This document shows, in pieces, positions 12,201-25,700 of a stretch of DNA of 64,000 nt. The DNA comes from Balanoglossus misakiensis (taxonomy: Eukaryota > Animalia > Hemichordata). Every line of letters starts with the position of its first letter. Position 1 is the stretch's first letter. The notes below the pieces were generated by a model, which was not told the origin of the DNA, ran no database searches, and saw only the letters and a list, made by a program, of their open reading frames with translations. A program made the position numbers and the translations under genes. The stretch spans positions 13,261,337 through 13,325,336 of the forward strand of contig CM082584.2 in the NCBI GenBank assembly GCA_040954595.2. The letters run 5' to 3'.

Positions 12201-15200
12201 TCTGAGAAAACATGGGCACTTCAGTTGTTCAGAGGTACAGAATTTTACGTCAGTTGTGTCTTTATCAAACTCCAGTTGTTCAGAGGTACAGAATTTTACG
12301 TCAGTTGTGTCTTTATCAAACCTATGCATGGATGCAGGAGCCTTGTTGGACACACACAGCCCACCCTGTCAGCTTTAGTCATAGACTTTGTGTACACAAA
12401 TCCATTTTCTCTCCATAAACGTTCACTGTCAATGACAGTGACTGTTTATAAGAATTCTTTTGTCTGCTTTCTGTTTAGAAACCCCTGTAACGATTTCCTC
12501 TTTTTCTTTCTGCCGCCAGTCCTGTCAATTGTGGTGGACACAACTTTTGCTTTCAGCGGCCCATCAGCACTGATTACATTAAGGGCAGGGTAAATATTGA
12601 CTTTGAACTTGTTGATTGCTGAGCAAACAGAGGCAAGGGGAACTTGACCTGAGCCAGTACATTCTTGATGGATCCCAAAGGGGCATCACCTATTGGCAGC
12701 TACTGATGAACTCAACTGTGCAGTGTTTATGTGTAGTCTTGGAAGTCTCACAGGGTTATCTGCTATGAAAACACAGTTAAATTCAACCACTCTGCCAATT
12801 AAGATGCCTCACCTCAACCGTTTAATACAGGGACTCACTGTGCTGTAAAATAAACATGCAAGAAAATCATTTTGGCCCGCCTGTCTGTCCGTCCTCGAGG
12901 TCCGAGACATAGGGATAATGAAAAGCATCTCAGGAGGTGTGATGGGATAGGCCACATTTAGAGAATACCTGTGGCATACTTATCTGACCGTTTTTAGTGT
13001 GAATCTGGTGAGAAGCAGGTGTTTTTCGGAATGTCCACCAATCAGATTCAAGGATGGGGTTAATGGGACCTACCCCCTCCCTAGGCTGTGTTTTGGACAC
13101 ACTTCATGACTTTTATGACTTTTTTTTGCTACTCACCCTTTAACGACCAGAATTTGGGACAACCTGACTGTTTTCAGTAGCATGTACAAGAAAGTGGGGA
13201 GGCCAGGGTCAAAGTGTTATAGTGTCTGTCACACTGACTACCTATCTCAAGTTCATCACATTTCAGGTATGGGTACGCACAGTGCCCCACCCCTCCTTTC
13301 TACGCAGACACATGATATCCCTATAGAGGACCAACTCACCAAAGCAGTTGCGCCACTTTAACTAAGACACGCAACCTGAATGCAACAGCAGGACCTCCTG
13401 GAGCTATCAAATTGTGGCTGATTTCATTGGAGGCTCCTAAAGTAACAAATCAACTGTGAAATTGTTTGGAGTGTGCCACTTTCATCGACTTACACTTTAG
13501 TTTGCAGAGATCTTGTTTCAGAAACACTTCCTTTTTTTCAAATTCATTTTCTCATTATTTTGATAAAAATTTTGGGCTTCACCTGTATAACATTTACTTT
13601 CAACTTCATCATTGTAACTGTGGTATTGTGGCATGAACAGATTTTAGTTGCTGTTTGACTTCTGGATTTTGGTCCACTCAGCAAGAGCCAGTTTAACTTA
13701 ATCCTTAGTACATCAACAATAGAGAGGAAATTTAATATTACAGCGAGGTACCTGGTTAATGGCAAAGTTTCATGATAAGTCATTTCAGCGTCAGATGCTA
13801 AGAAAGCTTTTTAAGAAAACAGAGCCTAAACGTTAATATTCGTGTATTGTTGGCTGTGGTGACTTGCTTTTACTGGATAAGCAGGCCTCGGTGGTTGTAC
13901 AAAGGAGCTGCCACACCCACTCTCACCGTAAGTAATCTTGTATACTCTGCCGCAGGTTTTAGTGCTATTGAGAGGAGAAAACAATTTTGGAAATAAATAC
14001 ACCCAGAGTGGTTGCAACTTGATCAAGTCGATTCGGGCTTAAGATGTTCCTTGCAGAAATTTAGTGTTGGTTGTTGTTTGCTCTTGCTGCAGGACAATAG
14101 TGGTGACACCGCTTACCTATTACTGTTTGCATTTGTGGCCCACACACACATGTGAGATGTGTGCATACACACACTTGCATGGGTCCATAATGTGAAATTG
14201 AACCACTATGATTTGAGGCAGTCTGTTGAGGAAAGAAAATAAGCAATCCACACCTACTGGTTAAATTCTGAAATTGGAGAGGATTGACATCTTTGTGGTG
14301 TTCCGACTTCTGTGGCCTCAGTTTGAGGACTATGTGTGTTGTTTTTGGAGATTCCTCTTCACAAAGAACATAGGCTTTATCCACACTCCCTCCCCTCATC
14401 TCCCCCCTCCCCTTGCCTTTCATTTCCCCTGATTCCCACTTCCTTCCATTCCCTTCCTATGTGATCTGTTCATGAATAGTCTCAATCATGTATTAAAAAT
14501 CATCACAAGCATTGAGCTGGACAATGTAAAACAACATGTTTAACCACGTGCAAGAAATTTACTGGGTTTTAATATTTGTCCAATGTCTGGGCAGCCTTGG
14601 AAGGGAATACATACTAAACCACCCGTGTGTTGACATATCGTTGATGATTTTTCTCCCCCAAAGTGCTTCAAATATCATCGCAAATGATTGTTGAAGTTTA
14701 AACATACATACATGTACATCTGCCTTAGGCACATAATTTGAAATGTTTCCCACATTCTTGGTCGGGGTGTTTACAGCACTATATTAATTTCACCAGGGCA
14801 GTGGATAGTTTATCATACACATGCAGGGAAGCGTATCTTGGTTTTTATATGGCACCTCACTTGGGACTGATGTTGGAGAAGTTTGTTTTCTGTGGTGGAC
14901 ATCCAGACTCCTGTAGCAGGAGCCTTCCTCACATATTGTCTGAAGAGGTCTAGTAACTGATAGGTCAGTTATGATCAGCCTATATCTGTTTTTGATACCG
15001 CCGATGGTTTTCTATCAGGCATAAAATAACAAACATGAAAATGTTCTGGCATTTTGCTGCAACCGTATCCCTGCTGCTTGTGGTTTTGGAACCAACCCTT
15101 GCAGAGAGTGGCTGGAGTGTTGTTGAGTACCAGGTTAAGGGGGCTTGTGTGAACTTCTTCAATATGATTGGCTTTCGGTTTGTTGGATTTTAATCATGAT

Positions 15201-16388
15201 TTGCTGAGCTGCAGAGAAGCTCTCTAGACTCATGATAATAAGTTCTATGTATATTTTAGATGAAAGCTACGAAATACATTTTTGAGGAAGTGAACTGAGG
15301 TGTTTTCAGCAAGTACATTATTTCACTTGAGTCTGGAAGAACAATTTGGCCGTAACTCAGAACTGAAAACTTTGGAGTCACCAGACACCCTCCAGAGCAA
15401 TAACCTTTCGGAAAATAACAGGCTTCTGTATTTGTATGTGTGAGCAGAATGCCTTTCAAATTGGAAGTGTTTCCATTCGCTCCATTATTCAATTAATTAT
15501 ACAACTGGCCTGACACGTTAAGTGAGACCACAATTCACGGGTCATCCACAAATAGCTACAAATAATCTACCCATAAAGGCTGTGTCTTGCCAACCCTCAA
15601 AATAGCAAAATATAAATGTCAAACGAAAGTATTCTTTTGTGTGCAGAAGAAAAGATTACCAGGGCCCATGTTCCTACTGGTTTACACTAACATTCCAACA
15701 GCCACCAAAAATAGCAAACACTTTGATGACATAGAAAAGAAATTAAAACTGCAGGCGTTGGTATGTATTGATGTAGATGGCAAGCATTGTTGTCCATATC
15801 TTCCCTACAGAATTGCTATTGTATCTCTTGTTTGTGTTAAAGGTGTGTTTTTAGAACACCATTTAATACATTTTCCGCCCAGTGACTGTATCTACACTGA
15901 TAAAGGTTTGTTGGTCTCAGGTGGGCCGTACTTCTGAAATAAAATGTGTGTTTCTTAGAGGCTTGGAATCAAAGCACTACAAAAAGGGTACTTACAGATG
16001 AAATTGCCATCTTTTGACATTAACTGAATTTTATTGACTTGTAATTGTTGTCAATGTGTCTCTGTGGGTTTCAGCTTTAAAGACTCGTAAAGTGGCAATT
16101 AAAGAACTGGAGAGAGGCCCTCACTGTTTGCCATTCATGTTGGTTTTCTTGCACTCGTTCAATTACACCAATTATTTGTGTTTAGCTCTTGCTGGTGATT
16201 GCAGCCGTGAAAGCATTCTTTCATGTGCAGAAGGAAGGACATGTGAAGCTTTAGTTTGTTGATAGTCATGCACCAACTTAATCATTCTTTCTTTTTGTTT
16301 CATAGGTTTTGGTGGTCGTGGCCGTGGTGCACCCAAACCTGGACAACAGAAACCGGGAAAACCACCAGGGGGACCACGAAACAAGTGA
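6210..16388 (+). CDS. LSM4: U6 snRNA-associated Sm-like protein LSm4, 5 coding exons
   Basis: Exons 6210-6212 (ATG only), 6709-6750 ([14 protein letters not shown]), 6940-7038 ([21 protein letters not shown]), 7281-7458 ([29 protein letters not shown]), 16306-16388 (GFGGRGRG..stop). Phases match. Confidence 0.95.
12222..12321. repeat. Tandem duplication, 49-bp identical unit, period 51
   Basis: CAGTTGTTCAGAGGTACAGAATTTTACGTCAGTTGTGTCTTTATCAAAC at 12222-12270 and 12273-12321. Confidence 0.95.
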
Positions 16389-16905
16389 TAACAGACACTT
16401 TTCTAGCAGTCAATTTAATAAAGAACTCTTCCTCTGGACCTTAACCTACCCCAAGGGATTACATTCAGAAGTTTGGAGCGTATTCTTGAATTTTTATTTT
16501 TTTAGGTGGAAATTTCTTGAGATAAAAAAAGTGAGAGAGAGAAAATGATCCTGTCCAGATGGTAGTTGGTGCATCCTATCCAAACTACTGTTGGCTTAAT
16601 TCTTTTCTTGTTTGCTTCTCCTTCTTTGTCACTGCATATTCTGATGCAAAGGCCATCTGACATTAGTTATCAGCCCACTATGAAATGATTTTATTCCAAC
16701 ATTTCCTTTACCAAAGAGGTAATATTTATAGAAACAATAAAAACTCCAAATAAATAAATGTATGTGTTGGAGGCAATTGGTGTTCTTGGAGAGGTTGATC
16801 TTGAAAGGGTTTATGGAAATCTTTAATTGACAGAAGTATTTTAAGTGGCCAACATTTTTGTGTAGCCACTTGTAACCTTCTTCATAGGGATATATCATTT
16901 GATAT

Positions 16906-16924
16906 GGGGGGGGGGGGGGGGGGG
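16906..16924. repeat. Poly-G run (19 nt)
   Basis: Directly visible downstream of the LSM4 3' UTR. Confidence 0.9.
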
Positions 16925-19900
16925 CTAGAAAGTAATCACTCCTGAATTAACATTGTCTCAATCTTTAATTTTCGACCCGCCTCCAGGACAAGGCAAGCTA
17001 ACCAGAGAGTGTAAACGTGAAAAAGCAGAACAGCGCTCGACAAGGAACGAATATGAGAGGCTTTGTTGTCTACGGTCCTTAGCTTAAGAAATCAATTAGT
17101 TTCATCCCTAGCACGACTTAATCGATCTAAGCATATCTCCTTAATTCTGCCATAAAGGGTTCCGCTATCTATTCGAAATTGTGGCCTCACTAATTTGAAG
17201 CGCTCTCTAAAACGACAAACAATCCAATCGAGGCTGCACATTTAGTCAATTTGTCTGTCAATTGAGTTGAAATCTCTATACGCGATAAAAAATCACAAAT
17301 TCGATTAACTATAAAAATCTTTGCGCAAGGCGTTGTGACAATAAGAACATCCAAAACTCCCATCGGAAACAAAGTATCCTTTGGTCATAAAAAGGCCAAT
17401 TTGATTAACCAATTCTGTTTTGATTCATTTTCTGCTCCGAACAGTTCTCCATTTATTCTGTGTTGAATTGAACAACTGTGCAAATGGGTTTTTCGTTTAC
17501 TGCTTCAGCATACAGCGCATAACAGTCACAATGTGGAGTGACTGTTAACGCATATATGAATGGGTGTGTGTGGGGGGGGGAGAGAGAGATAAAGCGGCAC
17601 CTGGCAGCGTGTACTGGCGATGACACGTGACTTGTGACGTTCCATGATTTTGTTCATGCCGAAAAATTAAAATGCCGTGAATTTGCGTCATTTCTTTTAA
17701 ATCAGGGACCACACAAGCAAGTTCTGGATTTTAGTAACTCGCATCGTGGTGTCTCAGATGTGAGGAGCGCTTGCGCAGTCGTGCAAAACGTGCCAGGCGG
17801 AGTGGATGTCATCTTCTTCGGGTGAAAAGGTTATTCGAGAAACATCCACTGTGACACATATGATCGCACAAGTCCGTGGAGCCACTTTTTATTGGAGGTC
17901 ATCGCCTGAAAATAATAAACCACCCATCGCATGTATGATTATGAATTTTATATCATAAAGTTATCATCAAAAATCGTAATTACGTTTTATGGGGTAGGCT
18001 ATAGCGCGCTTGGCCTAGATCTTATACTAGACAGTATGCACCTTGCAAGAAAAACTGTGCCTATCCAAGATTTGTGTGCCTTTCGTGTGTATGTGTTTGT
18101 GAACTTTGGAATGTCATTTTCCGCTAAACTCAATTAGTAACCACAAACATGAAACACACGCGTCACATAACTAATGGAATTGTTTTCCTTATTAAAGATT
18201 TTGCGACTGTCGGAGGTATAAAAGCGCAAACGCCCAGGGGCAAATCGATCTTTAGCGGTCTCGGTTAATAAGACCATTGAATTGGAAAGACACATAAACT
18301 CAGAGATCACAAAGCTGACACCGCTTTCCAAACCCAACAGAAAGGAAGGTCGGAAAATGCTAAAACTGGAGCTACCACGAACAGTAAACATTTCTGGGCG
18401 AAAGCTACTTCCGCGAGATGCAGTGTTGTGCATTAGACCTGTTCATTTTACTCCGTCCACTTCTATAGGGACTGAGGGATGCAGTCTGTCAGAATTTAAT
18501 GGATTCTACACCTATGTGCGAACTGCTCCTCTTTGTAAAACCTTTAGCAAAATGAAATACTGTAGAATGGCCGAACATCAAATGAGCGATCATCAATGAG
18601 ACGCGATTACATCAACAAGTGTCAAATGAACCATGGCTTCCAAACAGCATTTACTTGTTTGTGAAAGGAACGCAAAGTTTTGTGAAGTCATTCTTAATTG
18701 TCGATCGCGAGTCCTCTGGTGCATGTCGGGCTTCTTCAGGGCCGCGCAAGAATGCGTGTGGTCCCTATAGTCTTTGTGCCATAACTATCCAGACCTAACC
18801 TTCAGGGAACGGATTGTTTTCGTAGCTTTTACACCATTTTCTCGATTTCGTCATCCCAAGAGATGTCCCCGGTACTGCTAACACAGTTGTTTGTTTACAC
18901 CTGTTTGTACCGATCTCCAATTCCCTTGACTCGATTAAAATGCAGCTTCCTTCCCCTCTTCTTGGAATTGTTTGATGATAAAGGTCCATATCAGATGGTC
19001 CTTGCCCGCTTACGCCCGCTGAAATTGCCTGCTTCCCGGGTTTGTTAGTTTGTAAGCTGCGGGAGATCCAGGGTGTTATGCCTTGTGACCTGAATAAGGT
19101 GAAGGACCCTAAAGAAACCTTCCATGCGATGTCTGTCTTGTAGAAACACCCCTTTTCTAGCAAAGTTTTAAAGTTATCGAAGCCATACATGCGAGAATAA
19201 CGTTTAGTAAACATGTCTGCGCAAAATCCACGATACTTATGATATGCATCGTAAAATATTTTATGCTTCTTTTCAGCAATAAAAATACTAAATTGGCATG
19301 GAATCATCTTGGGTATAATATTACCTAGCTCTGTTACGGTTTGAGGTGATTGAATCAATAATTTTAGCAGAACGGGGATTAATATTTGGCGGCAGCCACG
19401 GACTCGTATCCGAGTCGTCATAAATCACAAACACATTTGCGACCGACTTCGGGTAGACTTCGGATGAATGAACGTAAACTTTCCGAGCTATAAAAGTTCC
19501 AGTGAGTAAATATTCCCCTCTGAAACGACCGTTGACATTTCCTGAAATTCCTTGGAGTCAAAATGATTGTAAGCCCATTTACTATTCGGTATTCGCCAAG
19601 AATTTCAGAACCGTTTAAACGCATGAAAGGAAAATGTCTAATTAGTCCTTCAATTCAATCTCGCAAGATTTATTTCCCTCTTTTGAAGTCGAATGCTTCA
19701 ATGGTGGACCGCTAAGTTTGTTGTATTTACTACGGGCGATAAAACAAATCTCTCGGGGGAACAATGCTTAAACGCACCGCCGACTGCTGATACTTGTCTC
19801 GGTCTGCAAGGAGCGTAATTTGTCAGATTTCAGAGCCGCAATTCGAACATTTGCCCACCGGACCAATACAAGAGTAAAGCGGGAAGAGAAAATTTTACCG

Positions 19901-22704
19901 GGTGAAAAAAGAACTTAACGCCCACGATATTTATTTGCGCCTCGAGCGGCAATCTTGGCAAACCTCTTTTGCGTCAGACAGACTTGCAAACAGCTTTGAT
20001 AATACCCAATCCTTCGTTCGCACGACTTGAATGAATATTCCAACGAGCATTTCTTTTCTGTTAACAGAAACAGTAAATTGTGTTTGCTAAAGCTCTCACA
20101 TTTTGCTGTGTTTTGTCATTATTCAATTTGCATTTTTGGCAGAAAATGCGAAAAAATCTCTCGACGTACACCACTTTCGGTACTGTGCTAGGATTTAGTA
20201 GAGTAAATGCTCTTTGCGCAGAAAAGTTTCCAAAGCCCCTCACCCGTGAAATTCTTCGGCAATAAATCAAAAATACGACCAATTATCCAGTTAATGCGGC
20301 CAATTTAAGGAGGCATATTGTCTCATCGTTAAATGGGTCCGGAAATTGAAATGGACAGTTTTAGTGTACAAAAATGTTAAGGTATTTGGACGGTAAATGT
20401 GGCTCCGCTTTGGTAGTTGACAGTTTTAAGGGTCACTATACGACCACTTTATTGAATAGTTTTATCATGTCAATAAAATTGTAAGTGTCTCTTGGAGGAC
20501 CAAGATAAAAAGCAGTAAAGTTCCCGCGGGCGACTTAAAAATAGGACAGGTCAAATGTAAAGCGGACAAGGCGTATATGGAATGATTACATCGTCATAAA
20601 CTTGACTACATCATAATCGAAACACGCTGTGGGTGTTGTATGATTGCTGAAAAACATAAATAAGTGTTCATAAGAAAGTAAAATAACCAAAATAATGTGA
20701 AAAGTGAGCGACTTTGTCCCATTAAAGCACAGCAACCCGACAGATATAGTTTGCAAAGCCTGTAGTGCCACAAAGTAAACTAACGATGCTCATGTCCTAT
20801 TAGCGCAAGTGCGCGCTCAAGCTCAGAAAATGTTGGGGAACATTCCCAGAGATTTGTACAGTCAGTCATGCATCCTTAGTATCTACAGGTCAGTGGTCAG
20901 GGATCCGAATGATGAATCTTTGGCCGGGCGTCGTATGCACGGCAATATCGCTGAGTCACATCGTCAACACGTGTCGCTGTATACTAATGTGACAGTTGAG
21001 ATTATGCTGAATGCGGAGCTGGTTCTGTAGTCATTGAGCTGTGAATTCGGTGCAGTACCGATATGGCGTTTGGTTCTAAATTACGTGTCGTTAGTCAACA
21101 GTCTTTACATCAGTATTCACATGTTATAATCGTTAAAAGCGCGTATGAGTAGAATGATGGCGACGAAATGTATTTCGGTCATGTTATGACATTTGTTATT
21201 CACGTGAAACTTCGCGAGGCGCGTGAAAAGATAATTGCGATGATATTTTATCTTGAAATACGAGAGTGTCAGTTGTGTAAGATAATAAGTGGCTTGAATT
21301 TGACTCATTTGATCTTTTCGGTAACTGGAGCCGGTTACTGGATGCGGATAAGAATGCTTCTTGGGAAGGGAGGAGGGGGGGGGGGGTAAACGGCAGTGCG
21401 GATGAATAAGTGACGGGGAGGGGAGAGGCGCCTGCACTGGAGTGAGTCCGATCAAAAAACAAGCTGTCATACCGCCGAGTGAAAATAAAGATGTTCGGGT
21501 TCGTTTACGGGCGACATTCCAGTTGTCGGCCATATTATCGAGATTCTAAGTATGGCGAACATGTGTAAACACAATGGGGAATATAGCCGCAGATGTATAT
21601 ATGGCAGATATGATATCATCGGCCGTATCTGCAGTTTTTGGCGTCTTTTCTAATTCCAGAAATAAAAACGAAAAAATGCATTGCTCTTTGCGTTAGTGAC
21701 GGGATAAATATATTTGCCACACGAACTTTTTTATGTTAGCAGTTGTTACCCGCTCTTTTTGTGTGCTGCGTTGAACATTTAGGGACAAGGGAAAAAGTCA
21801 GAACGTGTGTGTGTAATTCGGTAGCTGTTTTTACACGGCGACACAAAGTCTTGCCCAAGATGACTGACCACAAAACATCCGACCAGACCTTTGCCATCGG
21901 GGCGGATGGCGGTTTTCTTACAGGAACAGTGAGAATGCGATATCGAAATTGTTTAATTTACTATTATCCTTTCGCACTAACATTCCTTTCATTAGGAACG
22001 CATTCCACACTCCTTGAGCGTATCGCTGTAATCTCCGTGAAAGCGAGACAGAGTGTAAACTTTTCATAAACTTTTTTATATGCTTGTGCAACAAGTGACC
22101 CGCAGACATTCACGTTTGTGAACTTGGCTAGATGATGATTGGCCACGAACTTGTCACGTGAGTTAGGCACCGTCCATTTCCCGAGGCCACCCAACCTGCT
22201 GTGAAAGAAACTAATTATACAGCGTTGGTATCCAATCAAAGCTTTGCTGCTTGAAAGCGCACAACCCTTCGAAACATGATGGATCACAGTTAGTGTTTAA
22301 ACACCACAAGACCGAATCCTACGAGAGTCACACGTTCTGTGGTAGCCGAAATGCGACACTCGGACAGTGTATGTTACGGCGGGCAAACAGCGCACTGTGT
22401 ATGGGTCGCCTCGAAGAACCAAAGCCGGACACCGCGTCATGTTGTTATTTCAAACTGTGGAAGTAAATGTGTATGCTAATCCTCGGCAAAGCAAGACGTT
22501 GACTTGCCTTCGGCCTGCATATATTACCTGATTCGGCTTTGTATACCCCCGAGAAACAATTTGGTACCAGTGACTTCTGCACAGCTTTCGGTAACACGAC
22601 CGCTGAGTCTAAAAGGTGCAAACTGATCTGTCACGGCGACACTGCTGTCGCGTTACCAATCGACCGATTTCGCGCGATTTGTTGCCGTCAAACCGCATGG
22701 AGTC

Positions 22705-25700
22705 ATGGAAGCCCTAGCGTGGTGGCTACGGCTGTTGACAATTCTTACTTTACAGAACATTTACAGAGCAGAGTCGGTCTCTTCCGGGGAGTTGCGAGAG
22801 AGGCTTCGATGTGAGCAGACGACAGGGGTGAGTTTTGTTCACGCATGTGATCTTTTTTGAACTTCTTCAAAAAGAGCAGACGCCACGAACTCAACTTCTG
22901 CAGTTCAACATATGCGTTTTTTTCACACACATAAACATTACACATGTATGCATCTTGGTCTTTTATACACAAACGTCCATTCAGTTTAGTTACGTCGCTT
23001 TCCATTTGTGAGTATAGTGTTGTTGTATTGTGTACATTTCATACAGATTTCCCCTTGCATTCATATCTACTGCATTTAGGTGTTAAAAGCATTTGTGCAA
23101 GTATGTAACAGTGTCAAAATCTTCTGACATTTTATACTCCAGGCGGCAGGCAGAAAAAATTCATTTTTGTGGACTGTTAGGCGAGATCCACCCGCCTACT
23201 TTTTCGGCACAATTCACGTGCCCTATTCCAGAGTCTGGGACTACATCCCGGAGAACACAAAACAGGCTTTCCGGCAAAGTAACAACATATTTTTCGAGCT
23301 AGACCTCACGGATCCCTACACAATCTCAGCGTTGACAAACTGCCAGATGCTGCCAAACGGAGAAAACCTCAGTAACGTCCTGCCGAGGAGCTTGTATTTG
23401 AGACTGAAACGCCATTTGGAGTATGTGAAACTGATGATGCCAACTTGGATGACAGCCGACCAGCGAGGGATAGGACTGTACGCTGACTATTTATTTAACG
23501 CGATTGCTGGTAACTGGGAATACAAGCGACCCGTTTGGGTCATGTTGATGGTGAACTCTTTAACAGAAAGCGATGTGAAGTCTCGTGGCGTACCGGTTTT
23601 AGATTTGTTCCTTGCACACGAAGCAAAGCGATCAAACAAGCGAACCGGTGCAGTGGAGCGAGTCGAAGAACAGTGTACCCCTCTTAACGGGTTGAATATT
23701 TCTCAGGTAAGGGTCTGCTGGATGCGCCGTTTGACAATATGTAAACATTGAGCTTGTAAATAAACTTCGTAATGACGGGTAGATGAAAGAAGCCCCATAA
23801 ATGCCAAACGGTGCAGCGCGAACACCGCTTTGAGAAAAGTTAGTGTGACTTTGGCAGATACCCAGGAATCAATTTTTACACACTTGGTTAGTGAAGCACA
23901 GGAAATAAGTTATCGGGTGGTATATATAGTGTTTTCGATCGTGCCAGGGCTAATATTTATTATGGGTATATCTGGGGAGAAGAACGAGATTAGCTGAGAG
24001 AGAAGACACAACGGCTAGCGGCTGTGCTGTGCTAATGGGTCTGGGCTTGATAATTGTTCGAGGGTGATTAGCACCAGGTTGCAAATTTCAACCGATCAAT
24101 ACTCCAAATTATAGCTAATTTCCCTACCTTTGTCAACCTTTGACTCGCTAATTAATACCATCATTCTAAAGGATTAAAAAAGGTAATCGCATGACCCACG
24201 TAATTGGTGGCTTGTGCAAACAGGGAATTTTCTGGTCCGAAAGAATATACCCCCCTTTTTACACTAGTTTATTTTTTGACAGCGAATTTCTCAAGTATTT
24301 GATACACGCGGGCTTTTATTGCGTCAGTGACTGTGTGTAAAGGGAACAATGGCGTGAAAGCGCCGGTTGTATGAATGGAAGACGCACTCAAGTGAAACCA
24401 ACAACGTCGGACTTTTTTGTTGACAAAACTTTCCGTGCTTGTCAACACTACCATCAGTTGTACTCCATTGCACGAACCCTACGCTCACTGCTTTTAACTT
24501 TTAATGACGCGATATTCCATTTAGCGGCTAACCCGAACAGCAGGGGTATCAACAGAAGGCCAGAAACTCGTACAGTGTTCAACTAATTACGCAGGCCTGG
24601 GCGCTTACTTCCCCTTGCACGGTTGCAAACTTTTTGTCGCCATTTTTCGACCGCTAGTGAAAAGTTTGTCAATCGCAGGGAGAGTAAGTGGAATTCTTGT
24701 ATGACCTGACCCCAATTTACAGCGCCTCGGGCTGCGGAATCAGTCGTAAGTCTTGCTTCCATCTCCGGGGTTCCCAGTTTTATTCAAGTTTGTGTGGGAC
24801 ATGGCGAATATTCATGCAACAGTACTTGTACTTTTTTCAGCTTTTTACTTCAACTTTCATGAGCAGTGGTTCGGTAATGCTAGCCAGAACTTACTAGCAG
24901 ATTAGCCGAATTGTCAGTGTGTAGATAGAAAGTGGATTTGGTTATTTTACTCGCATGGAAATGATGATCCATCTTTTCCCCACACAGAGGTCTGGAGATA
25001 GCGTTTAATTAAGATGGCAGTGTAGTTACCATGGCAACCCTTTGGCACTAATCGTCAATACATGAAACTGCAAACTTGATCGTGTAGATGTAATGAGATA
25101 GCTGAAAGTTCCACCGCACCTCGCAATGCCTAAAAGCCCTTTACAGCTCTAACAAAAAGTAGGGCTGCTTGGACATCTCTTCATTTTGGTGACCCTTGAC
25201 CTTTACTTGCCATTGCTGAAAGGGATGGCCCGGTTCACTAACTTGCTGCACTGTTTGCTGGTATAAATGGGGTGTAATTGGTTAATTGCAATTTAATAAG
25301 GGGATGTACTTGACTGGCAATTTCTTAACCCCCTTGGGGGGAGAAGTCAATTCTCTTCAGCAGGGCTTCGCTTGGTTTGACTTTGCATCCTGTGAGGGAC
25401 TGGATTCAGCACAATAGTTTTCCGATACTGTTTTGTGTTCTGCATGTGGTGAAGTCTGTCCTCAACTCTAATGGGATTAAGTCTTGGGTACTTAGTCTTA
25501 ATACTAAAGCAGAAATAATCACAAACATGACTTTGCACAAATGGAAAAGTTTTGAACAATTAATATGATACAAATCTTATCAAAAGCAACTCCTATCTAA
25601 TTCTAATCTAATATTGTTTGAGCTAATCTAAATCCCAGACCAATCTAATCTAATCCAATCTGCTCCTGTCTGACACAATTTTATGCAGCATGATACGAAA

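Noticed and set aside
11973-12593. 206-aa ORF in LSM4 intron 4
   Set aside because: Non-ATG start, lengthened by the 51-bp tandem duplication, and no transposase or RT motifs in the frames I read.
17374-17382. GTATCCTTT U12-type donor word
   Set aside because: Intergenic, with no exon context or matching branch site identified.
17800-17850. 51-nt hairpin AGTGGATGT...ACATCCACT
   Set aside because: Short, bulged and wobble-rich; no known miRNA recognised.
18795-19624. 208-aa minus-strand ORF abutting a 68-aa ORF upstream of TIKI
   Set aside because: No recognisable domain, composition looks like random translation and no splice structure was found. A BLASTP/RNA-seq check is still reasonable.
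25015-25028. TGGCAGTGTAGTTA resembling the 5' part of miR-34
   Set aside because: The match stops after 14 nt, no precursor hairpin is evident, and the 3' part belongs to an X-box palindrome.
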